Below are positions 1-14,133 of a stretch of 64,000 nt of DNA, piece after piece; position 1 is the first letter of the stretch, and every line of letters starts with the position of its first letter. The notes under the pieces were generated by a model. That model saw nothing but the letters and a program-made list of their open reading frames with translations, searched no databases and was not told the origin of the DNA. A program made the translations under genes and the position numbers. The stretch spans positions 4,594,508-4,658,507 of the forward strand of contig MU058584.1 of the NCBI GenBank assembly GCA_013265495.1, in the 5' to 3' direction. The stretch comes from Vicugna vicugna (lineage: Eukaryota).

Positions 1-386
1 CAAAGGGGAGCCCACTAGCATTTTGTTAGTGCCTTCATCAAAAGGACAGCGGCCTTAATGGCTCAAAGGCAAAGAAGGTATCCCCACGCCACGGAGACTA
101 GTTGCTGGCTCTGATACCCTCTGGTGATGTCTTCAGGGGAGCAGAGCATCACAAGGACATTCCCTTTCTTTTCATATACAAAAAGGAAAAGGGGACTGTG
201 GTCATGGGGACGCACAAGGGCAGGTGGCTTCATCAAACTCTCCTTTAAGGCCTTAAAGGCTATGTTGTCCAGTTTTCCCCATAAAATTGGGTCACAGTTG
301 CTATTGTTAAGGAAACATGTATAAGTTTGGCCATAAGAGAAATTTGGAGTCCAGTTTCAGCAATAATCAACCAGCACAAGAAAACT
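1..386 (-). mobile_element. Decayed class I (ERV1/gamma-like) endogenous retrovirus pol fragment, RT thumb/connection region; runs off the left edge
   Basis: Minus-strand translation gives FLVLVDYC*NWTPNFS...WGKLDNIAFKALKESLMKPPALVRPHDHSPLFLFVYEKKG...YQSQQLVSVAWGYLLCL*AIKAAVLL. This resembles the retroviral FLGxxGYCRxWIPxF / AFxxLKxxLxxxPAL / PFxLFVxE / SxxLDxVxxGWPxCLRA motifs, with stops and frameshifts. Confidence 0.8.
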
Positions 387-2065
387 TTACAGTTGGTGCT
401 TATACCTAGATCTAGACACTCTTTACTGCATGTGTCTGACCTTTGTTATTTTCCTTCTCTCTAAAGAACTTCTATTAACATTTCTTGCAACACAAGTCTC
501 CTGACAACAAATACCCTCAATTTTCGTTAGAGAGTCTATTCCTCATTCACTTTAGAAGGCTAATTTCACAGGGTATAAAATTATAGGTTGGTGATTTTTC
601 TTCTTTCAACATTTTAATTATTTCATTCTTTTCTCCTTTTGCTTCTTGGTTTCTGAGGAGAAGTTGGATGTGGTTCTTACCTTTATTCGTTTATAGATAA
701 GATTTTTTTCCCTCTGGCTTCTTTCAGGATTTTTTCTTTCTCTTTGATTTTTGTATTTTGAAAATGGTATGTCAAGATGGAGCTCTTTTTTTGGCATTTA
801 TCCTGCATGGTGTTCTCTGAGCCTCCTGGATCTGTGGTTTGGTGTCTGACATTAATTGACATTAATTTGAGGAAATTCTTAGTCATTATTTTTTCAAATA
901 TTTCTTTTGTTCCTTTCTTTCTTCTCCCTTTGGTACTCCCATTATGCCTAGTTTGTGGTTAGCCTACAGCCCTTGGATGTTCTGTTTGTTCTTTTCAGTC
1001 TTTGCTTCTTTGCCTTTTGGTTTTAAAGGATTCTGTTGATACATCCTTTAGCTCAAAGATTGTTTTCTCAGCCGTGTCTAGTCTACCAATCAGCCCGTCA
1101 AAGGCATTCTTCATTTCTGTTACAGTATTTTTCATCTCTCTCATTTTTGTTTCTTTCTTAGGGTTTTCATCTCTCTGTTTACATCACCCATCTGTTCTTA
1201 CATGCTATCTACTTTATCTGTTAGAGCCCTTAGCATATTAATCATAGTTGTTTTAAATTCCTCGTCTGATAATTTCAACATCCCTACTATATCTGGCTCT
1301 AAAAGCATCAAAAACAAGCGTTCTGTCTCTTCAGATTGTTTTTGCCTTTTGGTATGCCTTATAATTTCTTTTTTCTTAGCTGAATATGATGTACTAGGTG
1401 AAAGGAACTGCTGTAAACAGACCTTTAGTAACGTGGTGAGGTGTGGTGGGGAGGGGAAGCATTCTGTGGTCCTATGATTAGGTCTCGGTCTGTTAGTGAA
1501 CCTATGTCTCTAGACTGTGAATTTTACAAGTGTTTGTCAGGGTTTTTCCTCTCCCCTTAGGTGGAACAGGATAGTTAGAGTGGACTGGAGTTGAGCATTT
1601 CACTTTCCAGGTTAGTTAGGCTCTGAATACCCCAGCAAGTTAGGCTCTGGTTTCCCGTGAGGGCAGACCTTGTTAAGGACAGAGTACTCTGACATACTTC
1701 AAAATTGTTCCCTTTCCCCGCTGGAAACCTGAGGGGATTTTTCTTCAGTATTTACTGTGGCATCTGGTTTGGCTCCTAGAAGTAAATCTCAAAATACTGT
1801 AGGGGACCCCCTACGACTGGGTGCCCCTGGAGTTTTTAACTTTCAGAGGTACCTGCAGTGAGCCTCCAGCTGTTTGTCAGTCACAGTTCAGCTACCCCAA
1901 GACTCTAGTAAGCATGACTCCCCGTTGCCTAGTTGTCTCTCTAATCTTGGGGACAGTGGTTTGCCTGTGTCCTCTCCTCTCTTAGGGATCCAAGAAGAGT
2001 TGTTTTTTCAGTCCGTTCGGTAGTTCCAAGTGGGAACTTCCAAGCTCCTTGCATGTGGAACCAGA
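387..2065 (-). mobile_element. Ancient L1 (L1M-type) 5' region/ORF1 remnant
   Basis: Minus ORF 683-886 contains KIKEKEKILKEARGKK, typical of the L1 ORF1p C-terminal part. The plus strand is T-rich, as expected for antisense L1. Confidence 0.7.
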
Positions 2066-2079
2066 TTAACGCTTTTTAT

Positions 2080-3600
2080 ATTCATTCTTGAGATAAACCT
2101 AACTTGGTCGTGATATATTATCTTTTGGATATGTTGTTGGATTTATTTTGTTTATATTTTGTGAAGGACTTTTGCATCTATATTCTGAATGAATTTCCTT
2201 TCCTTTGGTCTCATGACCCTTTTTTTTTTTGGTAAAAAGATACATTAGCCTCAGAGAATGAATAGAAAAATGTTTCCTCTTTTTCTTTTCTCTGGCAGAG
2301 TTTGAATGATCCTTTCTCTGAAAAGTAAACTACTTAATAAAACCATCTGGAGCTGGTATTTTCTTTGGGCTATAGTTTTTCAGTATTATTTCAGTTCTTT
2401 AACACCTATAGGACTATTTGAACTACCTCTTCTTTAGTCAGTTTTAAGTGATTTTTTTCAACTTGTCAGTTCATATAAATTTTCAAGTTCATTATAATAT
2501 TTTTGTTGTCTTTTAAATTCCTGCTGTCTTTAGTCATAGCCACCTTTTTATTCATAGCATTATTTTGAACCCCCTTAATTTTTTTCTCCATAATCATGGC
2601 AGAATTCTATATTCTTTTATGTTATTCTTTTCGAAGAAACAACTTTTGTCTTTGTTGATTCTCTCACATTGTTAACCTCTTTGTTTTTTATTTCTGCTCT
2701 TTTCTCTTTTCATTATTTCCTTCTGTATTATTTGAGATTCTCTTGTGGTTCTCTTTCTAACTTCTTTAGTTGTATACATTCAGTCTTTTTTCATTACTAT
2801 CTAAATTGTGGTCAGAGAACATGGTTGGTTTAGAGTGACACTTTGAAATTTGTAGAAACTGGCTTTGTAGTCTTCTACATGATAAACTTATAAGTATATC
2901 ATGTGTGCTTGAAAAGTTTATTACCCTAATTTTTAATGTAGCATTTTATATGTGACTGTTAGATCAAGACTGTTAATTGTGTTGTTCACATTCTGTGTTT
3001 TTTGTTTATTTGCCAGCTTGACTTACAAAATAATGAGAGAGCTATATTGAAATTATTATTTTAATGGTGTATTTGTCTAATTCTCGTAGTTCTGTCATTT
3101 TCCTTTTTAATGCATTTTGAGGCTTTTTATTGGATGCATGTATGTTAAATTGTTATATCTTGCTGGTAAACTGAACTTATTACATATGTAGTAATCTTTT
3201 CTACCTTTAATGTTATTTTTTATCTTAGTCTATCTTGTCTGATATTACTGTACGTATGCCACCTTTCATTTGATTAGTGTTTGCGCATTATACTTTTATT
3301 CGAAAACTTTCCTTGTCCTCATACTTTAGATGTATCTTAGACAATTTCTTTTTTCTTCATTGGTGAACTTAGTCTATTTAAATATATTATTATCATGGTT
3401 ATTTTTGGATTGGTTTCCAACTTTTTACTTCTAATTATCCAGTTTTACCTATCCTCTAAACTTAACTGTCATTTTTAGGATTAAATTGTTTATCTTTTAA
3501 AAAATTTTTTTGCTTTTTTCTTTACTTCTTCTTCGCATTGGGTTGGAATGTATACTGTTTTCTACTATCATTTTATTGTTTACTTCTGAAATTTTTCATG
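2080..3600 (-). mobile_element. Highly decayed L1 ORF2 remnants
   Basis: Patches such as aacttggtcgtgatatattatcttttggatatgttg, aaaaccatctggagctgg and ttgtggtcagagaacatgg resemble antisense L1 ORF2. Boundaries are approximate. Confidence 0.55.
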
Positions 3601-5309
3601 TTTATTTAACTTTATAATGTCTTCTCTGATTTTTAAATTGTATGCCAAGTTAGTATAAGCTATAATAAAATAATTAATAACTAATATTCTCAAAAACAAC
3701 TTTGCAAATAGTAGGCTTTTAATAAATGTTTGTTGATTGGTGTTCTTCATATGTATGTGTCATTTTAATTTTAATTTGATTAAATTTGCAAAGTAATAAG
3801 CTACAAATTTATTATTTTCAATGTTCTATATTCTTTTGGTATTTCTTATGACATATCCTCTAGGAAAGTTCTTTCTATGTTTACTCATTTCTTTAGAACT
3901 GTTCACTGAGTTGGACATTACCTGTTTATAAGTATGGCATCTACTGTCATTTTTTATCATTTGTGTACTTGAAGCTTTTCCTCTGCGTTAGATAATTTTT
4001 TTTACAGAAGGTTAGTGGTAGGTGCTCTGATCTTTGCTGTAAGCTGTACAATACTCACTGCATAACTTGAGATCTAGGTTTGAAAATTATTCTTTATTAA
4101 GATGGTTGAACCGAACATTAAGCAGTAAATTAGACCATATTCTAGGGCAAACTTTTAAGTGAAATGAACCCTTATGATTTGCTGCCATCCTCACTAATTC
4201 TTAATTATTATCACCTTATTACTCAGCTTGAATTTTGCCTGCACATCTTGTTTTAAATGATTTGAGCTTCCGTCCAGTTCTTAATTTGTCGTATAGTTTC
4301 TTCTCCCCTTTATAGGTCCTAAGGCCTTCCACAAGGTTACTTCTGTTCCCTCTACTACCTGATACTCTACTTTTTTAGCAAGAGTTTTTTTTGTTATTGG
4401 CGTCTTGTTAACCACATATGTTTAACTGATTGAGTGTTCTTTTCTCTTTTCTTCCAGTTTAGAAAATAAAGCTCCAACCATATTAATTGTTTCTTTTGAG
4501 AGCACTAGGACTCTCAACCATTATCACTTCTCAATCAGAAAAAGATAGTAAGAGTAAACTAACATGTCAGCTTTCTGTCTGGAGGTTTCTAACAAAATCT
4601 AACTTAAAATTTTATATGTAGACCCTCTTTTTAAGGTATACATAGCACAGGATAAAGTTTTAAAACTTTTTAAATAAGCTTATAGAATTTATGACATACC
4701 ATTTTATGAAAAAGAAAATACCTTTTTTAGTGTGGCCATTTTGATAATGTTGATTCTTCCAGTCGAAGAGCACAAGATATCTTCCCATTTCTTTGTATCA
4801 TCTTCAGTTTCCTTCATCAATGTTTTATAGTTTTCAGAGAAAAAAGTATCTTTTTATTATAAAAGTAAGACTACATAATTGTTACATAATTTTAAAAAAT
4901 GTTATTAACAATTTGGTGTCTGGTTTTCTAGAGTCTTTCTATACATATATATTATTTTCCCCTGTGAATTATTTTTTAACATATGTTTTAGATTCAGTAG
5001 TATGATGCTGACATTTTTCATGTTCTTGCTTATGGATTTCTTAACCTTTTTAATGGTAGTTTAAGTATTCCAATGTATGGATGTACCATAATTTACTTAA
5101 CCTACCCTTTTTTTATGTGAGCATTTCAGTTCTTCCCAGTGTTTCTCAAAGTACTGCAGTGAATGTGTGTGTATGTGTGTGTATATACACACATATGTGT
5201 ATATTTGCATATTTGTTTTTCTATAGCATATAGTTTTTAAAGGTAAAATTGCATCAAAGCAAATACATATTTAAAGTTTTAGTAGATATTTAATTTCTCC
5301 TCAAAAATA

Positions 5310-5925
5310 TACTGCACTGGAACACTAATACATTGCTAATAGGACTATAAATTGCTGTAATCACTTTGGAAAATTATTTGGGAGTATCTGTGAAAGTTGA
5401 CCATACACACAGACTGTGGTCCAGCAATTCCACTCCTGAATTTATACCCAACAGAAATATGAACATACGTTTGCCAAAGCACTAGTTCAGTGATCAAAAT
5501 CTGTAAACAACCCAATGTTCACCAATAGTTGAATGGATAAATAAATTACAATGTATTTGTACAAAGTAGTACTCTGTAGCAAGAGGATGAAGGTACTACA
5601 GCTACGTTAAACAACATGGATGGATCTTACAAACACTAGTTGAACTAAAGAAGCTAAACAAAATATTTACCATATGATTCCAATTAATTAATGTTTACAA
5701 ACAGGCAAAATTAATCCATGTTAGAAGTCAGAATGGTGGTTTCCTGTAAGGGGAGTGTAATGGTGGAAAGGCAGCACTGAGAGACTTCTGGAATTCTTTT
5801 CATGCTCTGCTTCTCAATACTGGTGTTAGTTACATGGGCCTGTTTTGTTTGTGAAAATGCCTTAAGTTACACATTTATGATTTAATACTTTCCTGGATAG
5901 ATGTTCTACTTTAATGAGACGTTAA
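5310..5925 (+). mobile_element. Ancient L1 (L1ME-like) ORF2 end and 3' UTR
   Basis: cagcaattccactcctgaatttatacccaacagaaat and aatagttgaatggataaataaatt are typical L1 3'-end segments. Confidence 0.65.
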
Positions 5926-6966
5926 CAACAAGAGAGTGCACTTTTTTATATATAAAACCACTTTCCAACTCCTACCAGTAGTGCCCGTTTTCCTGTACTC
6001 TGGCCACTCTGATAGACATACAAATTTTTTTTTAATCTTAAAGACATACCAAGAGATCTGTTTATTTTTATTTTATTAGTGAGGCCGAGCATCTTTTTGT
6101 ATATTTATTAACTGTTTCTTCTGTAATTTCCCTGTTCATGTCTTTTACCTGTTTTTCTATTATAGTGTTGATTTTTCATACTGACTTTTACATATTATAC
6201 ATATCTTAGATTTTTTGGTCTATTATATATCAAAATATGATATTTTAAATAACAAATTCAACCTAAAAACTTAAGTGGCAAGGAAAGTGTCTTCTAATAA
6301 TTTAATCAGTCTTAAAAAGAGTCTGTTGTTCATCAGTCTCCAGCTTTGTGACCAACTTAGTTCTTAGCGTAGTAAGGTCTGCCTCATTAGCTTCAAATTT
6401 GTACTGTAATACGGAGTTCATACAGAATAGCTTCTATTTGAAGAGCCTTGCTTTTATTCATTTATATTCTTTTTCTTGACTAGTCTGTTCTTTGTTGAAA
6501 GCATCTTTAAACAAAATCTCAGAACTTAAATTTATCCACTGCAATTATAGTTACCCTCAGTTTCTTTTGGTTTCTCTTTATGCCTTTACATTTCCTAATA
6601 CGGAGAGGAAAATAGTTGAACAGGATTTGTTTTATTTGTAGTAAACTGCATATTAATTGTGTCTGTATTATGTTGTTATAAAACAGCCCTTTAAAAACCA
6701 GTGTGCCGCATGCTGTTTCCTTTACTCTCTCAACCAGTACCAGATTTCTCAGTGATCTCTCAACTAAAACATTTTGTTTTAGTAACTCAACTAGTCTGAT
6801 GTAGTCTCACTGTTATGTCTGCCTCTTTTGATGCTTTTGGATGGGGATGCCTTACTGAGATAATGTTTAGTATAAGTATTTTCTAGACTTTACTGTATTT
6901 TAATGTTGCTCATGTTCATTCTGTAGTGGCCTGTGAATGTTTATTTATTTTTGTTTTTTCTTTTAA

Positions 6967-7278
<312 letters not shown>

Positions 7279-8228
7279 TAATATATTGTGAAAGACCATT
7301 TTTGTTTTTACAAGAAATCTCTACTCTGAGGAAATACTGTAGAATTTTAAAACTTTTAGCTTGTGCAAGTAGCCCTTGCTTCTTTTTTGCTCTCACATTT
7401 GTCTACTTTCCTAGTAATTTTTTTTAGCTCATATTAGTACCCTTTTTTGGTTTGGGAGGGAACGATTTTGATAAATGAAATCCAGGTTCATTGCAGAATA
7501 TAGTCAGATTTCTTTGTTCATAATTCTTTTTTTAAGATTGACAAGTAAAGATTTATTTTAGTCACTTTGTCTCTCTGCACTTTAATTTCCTCATCTATGA
7601 AATAAGAATAGACCAGATGATCTCTAATGTCCAATTTTTATAATCCAGAAGTCTACACACCCAAGGCGATAGTAATTATTTACTAAGACGATCTTGTGAG
7701 ATGATTAATAGAACTGTTACCCTGAATCATTCATATCTAGAAAATGTTGTTCTTATATATTTACTGAAGTATCAGTTTTAATCTGTTTTCTTTAGAGTTG
7801 AGATTTTAAAAAGTACCTGCGGGGTGGGGAAATAATTAGCTCTCTCTCTATGGATACTATTGGCAGTAACAATTCCAATCATTCTGGAAAGAATACTCAT
7901 TAATAGAAGTAATCAACTTACATTTCTTGTACTTTGCTGATTAAAATTTTGGATGAAAATAATTAGTGGTAGGAGTAAAAAAAAAATAGAAGATAACTAA
8001 GTATAACAGTAGTTCCAAGTACCAGCAAGCTGGCTCCTCCTCTCTTTTGTTTTGCCAAAGATGTGCCATTCCACAGTGGATCCCATGTGCTTCTCCCAGG
8101 AACGGTTCAGTCTAGCAAGTCATACGCACTTCTAAGCCAACTGATTTTTTTAAACTTGAGAATACAATAAATCTTTTAAAATAACTTCTATTTGAAGTCT
8201 CTTATAATTTCCTCTTTTAAACCCTTAG

Positions 8229-8432
<204 letters not shown>

Positions 8433-8952
8433 TAATCAGCTTCAACTTTTTTCTAGTTGTTAATATAAGAATAATCTAAGTTATCCTAGCAGGTAGGCAC
8501 TAGGGTCAAGTATTGCTCTCCTTGGGTTTAAAACAAAAAAACACATATAACCTGCTTTTGGCAGAAAATATGGGGAAATAGGTTAAAGAGTTTATTCTTC
8601 TAATAGTTCTTCTGAGTTTTATCAGCTGCAAGAGTTTTGGCAGGTGGAACCGCCAAGCCTTTTAGTCTTCACATATCAGAATTAATTTACCAGAACAAAG
8701 GAGCATTGGCTTGTTCTTGCCTTTCATTTGAAATTGCTCATGTTTCTCATCAAAGAGCAATATAAGAAGGAAATTCAAGTGATTTCAGTATGGTCTTAAA
8801 ATTATGTTCTAGGGTAACTTTTATGGAGTCTTCAAAATAATATTCTCAGTTAACAATTAAATGTAGCAGTACAATTTCCTTTCCAGGTCAGTTTTGCTGT
8901 ACATATATACATGCATGCATACATTACATTATACACTGACATGAATGAATGA

Positions 8953-9108
<156 letters not shown>

Positions 9109-9871
9109 TAGATCATATTTCACTTTGTTTCTAAAATACTGTCTTAAGAATCAAAGCAGCTCAATTCATTATTAGTTGGTAACGTAAAACAAGTCAGTGC
9201 ATTTAATGAAGTCAAATTTTAAGAAAAAGAAAAATTAAGAAAAAATGCCTATAATATTAGAGAGGTAAAGATAGAAGTATGATTTTGATGATTAGAATAT
9301 TGATTATTGGTAATAACAGGTTGTATATTGTAGTTTAAGAAAAATAGGTTGACTATGTGTGCTTCTTGCAATGAAGAATCATTTTAAAAAGCCTCTGTCC
9401 TTTAAGGAAATAGTTTTACTATAGCTGTTCTCCATATCATAGCCAGATTGGTAGTGGAATAAATGATTGCAGAATCTTTTCCTTTATGATTATATCTTAA
9501 GATTTCCTCAGCTTCTTGTTAAATTAGTAGTTTTCAAACTGAGTCCTCTGAAGCTCTAGGTTTCCTATAAGATTGGGAGTGGGAAGATGGATGATATGAC
9601 CATTAAACTCTGGGCATTTCCTCACCAACTTCAACCAGGGTTTTCATTTGTGGGTTTCCATGTAAGATTTCTTTCGAAAATAAGGGTCCTTTGCATTAAT
9701 CAGCTGTTAACCAATTATTGAGCTTTTGTGAGGAGCTCAGTGCAACTTGGGTTGATGCTACACCCTCTTAAAACAGTAAATAGGGATTCATTGCTAAAAA
9801 TACTAGTGAGTTGGGAAACTGGTCCTCTATACCAAGGTTGACAGGTCACAGCACTATTCCCACATATACTT

Positions 9872-10300
9872 CCACTCATTTAATAGGCATTTATAAAACA
9901 CTTGGTGTATGTCAGGCACAGTGCTGAATTTAAAAAGACAAACCTTCAGAACTTAAAGACTAATGGGGAAAATTGACATAAAAACAACTGGAATATAGTG
10001 TGGTCAGTGTCAGAGATGTACAGGTAGCATTTTGGAAGCCTGTAGAAGGGAGCAGCTGTGCCTGCAAATGGAGTAGATGGGATGGGAAAGCCTTCACAGA
10101 GGAAATGAGAATTTTGCCAGACAGACAAGGAGCAAAGGAACATTTGAGACAGAAGGATCAGCATGTCCAAGCTCCCTAAAGGTAAATGAACCATCAGTGG
10201 GCTGAAACCTAGAGGACACACAAGAAAGTAGCTCAGTTGGACTAAAAAGCTAGGTTGGGGCAAGAGGGTAAAGGGCCCTGGGGGGCACCGTAATGAGTTG
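9872..10300 (-). mobile_element. L2 3' fragment
   Basis: cactcatttaataggcatttat...gtcaggcacagtgctg is the antisense L2 tail, followed by gggaaagccttcacagagg. Confidence 0.6.
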
Positions 10301-10979
10301 AAAATGTAGTATCATTAATCCGATCAGCATCTTTCTCTTCCTCTCATGTTTTCCTTTCTTCCTTCCTTCTTTTCTTTTCCTTTGCTATGGTCTTTGCTTT
10401 TCCTCTTTCTTTTTTCCTTTGCCCATGATTATACATTAGATAATCCCTAGGTGTTCATGGGTGTTCGTTTAGTCCTATTGTTGGTACTTAAGACATAGTT
10501 CACTGGTAACTCTTGTCCAAAGATTTATTTTTCAGGATTACTTTGCTTCAGTCAAGGGAACGTTTTCTTGAGGGATCCAAGTGACCCAGGGATGGTAACT
10601 TAACAGTACTCTGTCACTGAAAATATCAGTTCTGCTAGAGGGAAGAATAAGTGGACACAAAGGGGACTGCTCTGGGAAACACATCACAAGTAAAATTAAA
10701 CCAAAATCCGGAATGTTTAGAGCAGCGTCGAAGTTTGACCTTGTCTTTCTGCCAGTTGAAAGAGTAGTGTTCTTTGATAGATCTTACTCTGTCAAATGCA
10801 AGTTAAAGTAATTATTTGGCATCGAGCAGCCTTAAGGTGGAATTATAGACAAATATAAATATATATGAAGAATGAAGTAATTCCTCCTAGAACCTGCTGA
10901 TTTTTTACTGTTCTAATCTTTAAGGAAAAGGTACAGTTATTCTATGATCTTTGACTTGGTTATTTAACTTGCCTTGTAG

Positions 10980-11189
<210 letters not shown>

Positions 11190-11684
11190 TGAAGGCAGCG
11201 TAACTTCTGAAATGGGAGTACTGTGAACTCTTGATCTTAGTAATTTGTATCCCCAAGAGCCAAATTTACTGAAAAGTGTCAAAATGAAAAGATGAAGTCC
11301 GTTGAAAACTTCTATCAGTTGTGCTTTTCTTCTCAGAGTGGAAGATCATACGATAAACCTTAAGATATGTTATAATAAGTACCCTTTAATGGTAGGTTTG
11401 TTCAAAATCATTCACAGTCCAGACAAAAGTAAATGTCATGTGCTACTGCAAAGGTTGAAACCAGTACCTCGGTATGTTTTTTTCAGTTTTTTTGTTTTAG
11501 ACAATAAACTATGTGGTTCAGTGCCACAGACAAAATGCACATATTGCAATTAATATTCAGGAAGGAGAGGAATAACCTGTGTTCATAACAATAGAAAATA
11601 TCCAGTATCCATTACAGATAAAATGCTTATCCTGCTTCACTGATAACCACACATTCCTTCATATGTTGGGTATTTAATAATAAT

Positions 11685-11865
11685 AACCACCACCATTTAT
11701 AGAGCACCTATGATGTATCAGACAGTATACCAGTCATCTCACAGATTTATCCTCACTTAGCTCCAACCCTTTACAAAGTAGATTATTTGTAGTAACTTAC
11801 CCCGAGTCACACAACCGATAAGTGATAAAGCTTGAAATTTGAAACTAGCTTCCAAGCTCTTACTC
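11685..11865 (-). mobile_element. MIR SINE
   Basis: aataataataacc...catttatagagcaccta...taacttaccccgagtcacacaac matches the MIR core. Confidence 0.6.
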
Positions 11866-13708
11866 CCCTTTGACCTACAGACGTCATTGCAGGAATACAT
11901 TCAAGTCATGAATAAAGCATGCAGTCCTCTGACCCTCTCTTGAATTGAGTGGGTACATCAAACTCTTCCCACCTCAGAATCTTTATAATCGCGCTGTCCC
12001 CTCCCATCCTCAGTCCGTCAGGGTAACTTCTGCTGATCCTTCAGGTCTGTGTAAGTGGGGGTTACTCATCACTTCCTCAGAGAGTGGGGAAGGGAGAGGT
12101 GAGGATTCCAGGCAGAGTAAAGATACACAGCATTTTTCAAAGTCCTGAAGGAGAGAGACTGTGTAGTACATCTGAAGAACTGAAAGAAGCCCCTTCTGTC
12201 TGTTATTAAAAGTTACAGAGAAACTAGCCCTCAAACTGTAAATGTTAACAGTTACAAAAAAGAGTGAAAATTTCAGATGGTCAAAGCAAAACAAAAAATA
12301 AACTTAAAACATAAAAAGGAAAATGTTAGTAATCCAACGAAATATTTTTGCAGAACTTCTTTGAGATGTTAGTTATTAATCAGTAACATCTTTGGATCTA
12401 TTTTCTTCAATAACAGACAGTAACCCTTAAAATTAATCGATTTGGATTTCAGATTTGAGGAGGCAGCATTATATAGAACAAGAAAAACAATTTGCTGTTT
12501 ATGACAACTAAAATTTGCTTGTTCTTATGATGAGTTCATCGATTGAATGGCTCTTCCTGAGTTTCCTGTAGGAAACGAATTCTTTTTTATTTCTGCAAGA
12601 ATCTGTTTTAAACAGGTGCTAATGTGGCAGTGGTTTGTTAGCTAATAGTTGTGATCATCCTTCTTTGATTTTAGAATTAGATAGATGTTTTATAATATAA
12701 AGATTCTCTTCTAATTTTTTTTTTTTTTTTTGGCCAGCCATCAAAAGGAGACAATTTCTAGTTGCTTTATCAACTTAACTCACCCTCTGGCTTTTCTAAT
12801 GTAAAAAAGACTAGATAGAAAAGGGTATCCAAGGATTTGTATTTCTGCTGCTTTTATCCTTAAGATACCTAGTTATCTGATGGGTCAATCAACTCTTTCC
12901 TCTCCTTCCCTTCATTGTCCTGTACTCCAAGTACAATAGTGTATGCATATTCAAGGAGAATTACTTTGGTCCCAAGAAGCACAAGCTAGCCACAAAATAC
13001 TTCAGCCTTTTCATTCTAGGGAAGTTCAGCAAATAGATACGAGACAGTTCCTTCCTTCTAAAGCTGTGATTTTTAATGAGAGGTGCACTTCACATCCCCT
13101 TTTTAAAACTCCAAATACCTGGTTCCTATCCATTAAAGATTCTGATTCATTTTATCTGAATGGGGCTTGAGCCTCTGCATTTTAAAAAAGCAATGAAAAT
13201 TATTCTCGTGAATGCAATGCTAAAGACTTTTAGTCTAGGCAACTTCTTGAGGTATGAAGGCAGTTCTGAGATCCCTGGAAGCCTTGATAGGCTTTGGCGA
13301 GGTGGTGTCTTGGTGTGTGAACCATTCTAAACTCTGTAGAATATGTTAGGATCTGATCAGTTTACTCCTCTCCTTAAAATTCCCCTGTGCCTCCCCATGT
13401 TCTTGGGACAGAGTCCCAATGTGTTAACATGATTTATGAAACCCTGAAGCACCCCTTCGTACCCCTGGCCCTTGGCACATGGGGGGATCTAGACAGCCAT
13501 AGTGTTCTCCGTGGATCTGGGGAGCCTCACATCATAGTGATGAGCTCGCAGTCACTTACCAGGTCATGGCACACTGACTCCATCAGTAAATTATGGCAGT
13601 TTTACTCCAGAATATAATCCATATCCATCCATTCTTGGTCTCCCTGCTTCCACTCTTGCCTGCATACAGTTTGACTTCCACATAGTAGGGGGAGGGATCT
13701 TTTTAAAA

Positions 13709-13924
13709 CATGGGCCAGCAAACTTTTTCTTTAAATGGCCAGATAGTAAACAGGCTTTGTGGGCCACGTGGTTTCTGTTGCAGCTACTCATCTTGGACAT
13801 TGTTGTGCAAAAGCAGCCATAGATAATGTGCAGATGAAGGGGCGTAGTTCTGTTCTAATAAAACTTTATTTACAGAAATAGGCTGTGGGTGGATTTGACC
13901 TTGAGCCACAGTTGGCTGACTCCT
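13709..13924 (-). mobile_element. MER58A (hAT-Charlie) DNA transposon
   Basis: Full-length match to the recalled consensus (cagcaaactttttct...aataaaactttatttacagaaataggc...ttggctgactcct), flanked by ttttaaa target-like repeats. Confidence 0.8.
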
Positions 13925-13940
13925 TTTTAAAGACATAAAT

Positions 13941-14133
13941 GAGGGAGGGGTCTGCCATGTGGTGCGGGGAGCTGTGTTTGGTTCCTTGTGGTAACCTGTA
14001 GTGGAGGGCAGTCTGAAGGAGAATGTACGTGTGTATGTAACTGGATCGCTTTGCTGTTCACCTGAAACTAGAACAACATTGAATCAACTATACTTCTATA
14101 AAAATAAATTTTTAAAAAAGAAATCTGAAATCC
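13941..14133 (+). mobile_element. 5'-truncated artiodactyl-type L1 3' end with heavy A-to-G substitution
   Basis: Aligns with the L1 3' UTR at 36020-36180 and has an A-rich tail. Flanked by cataaat at 13934-13940 and 14134-14140. Confidence 0.8.
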
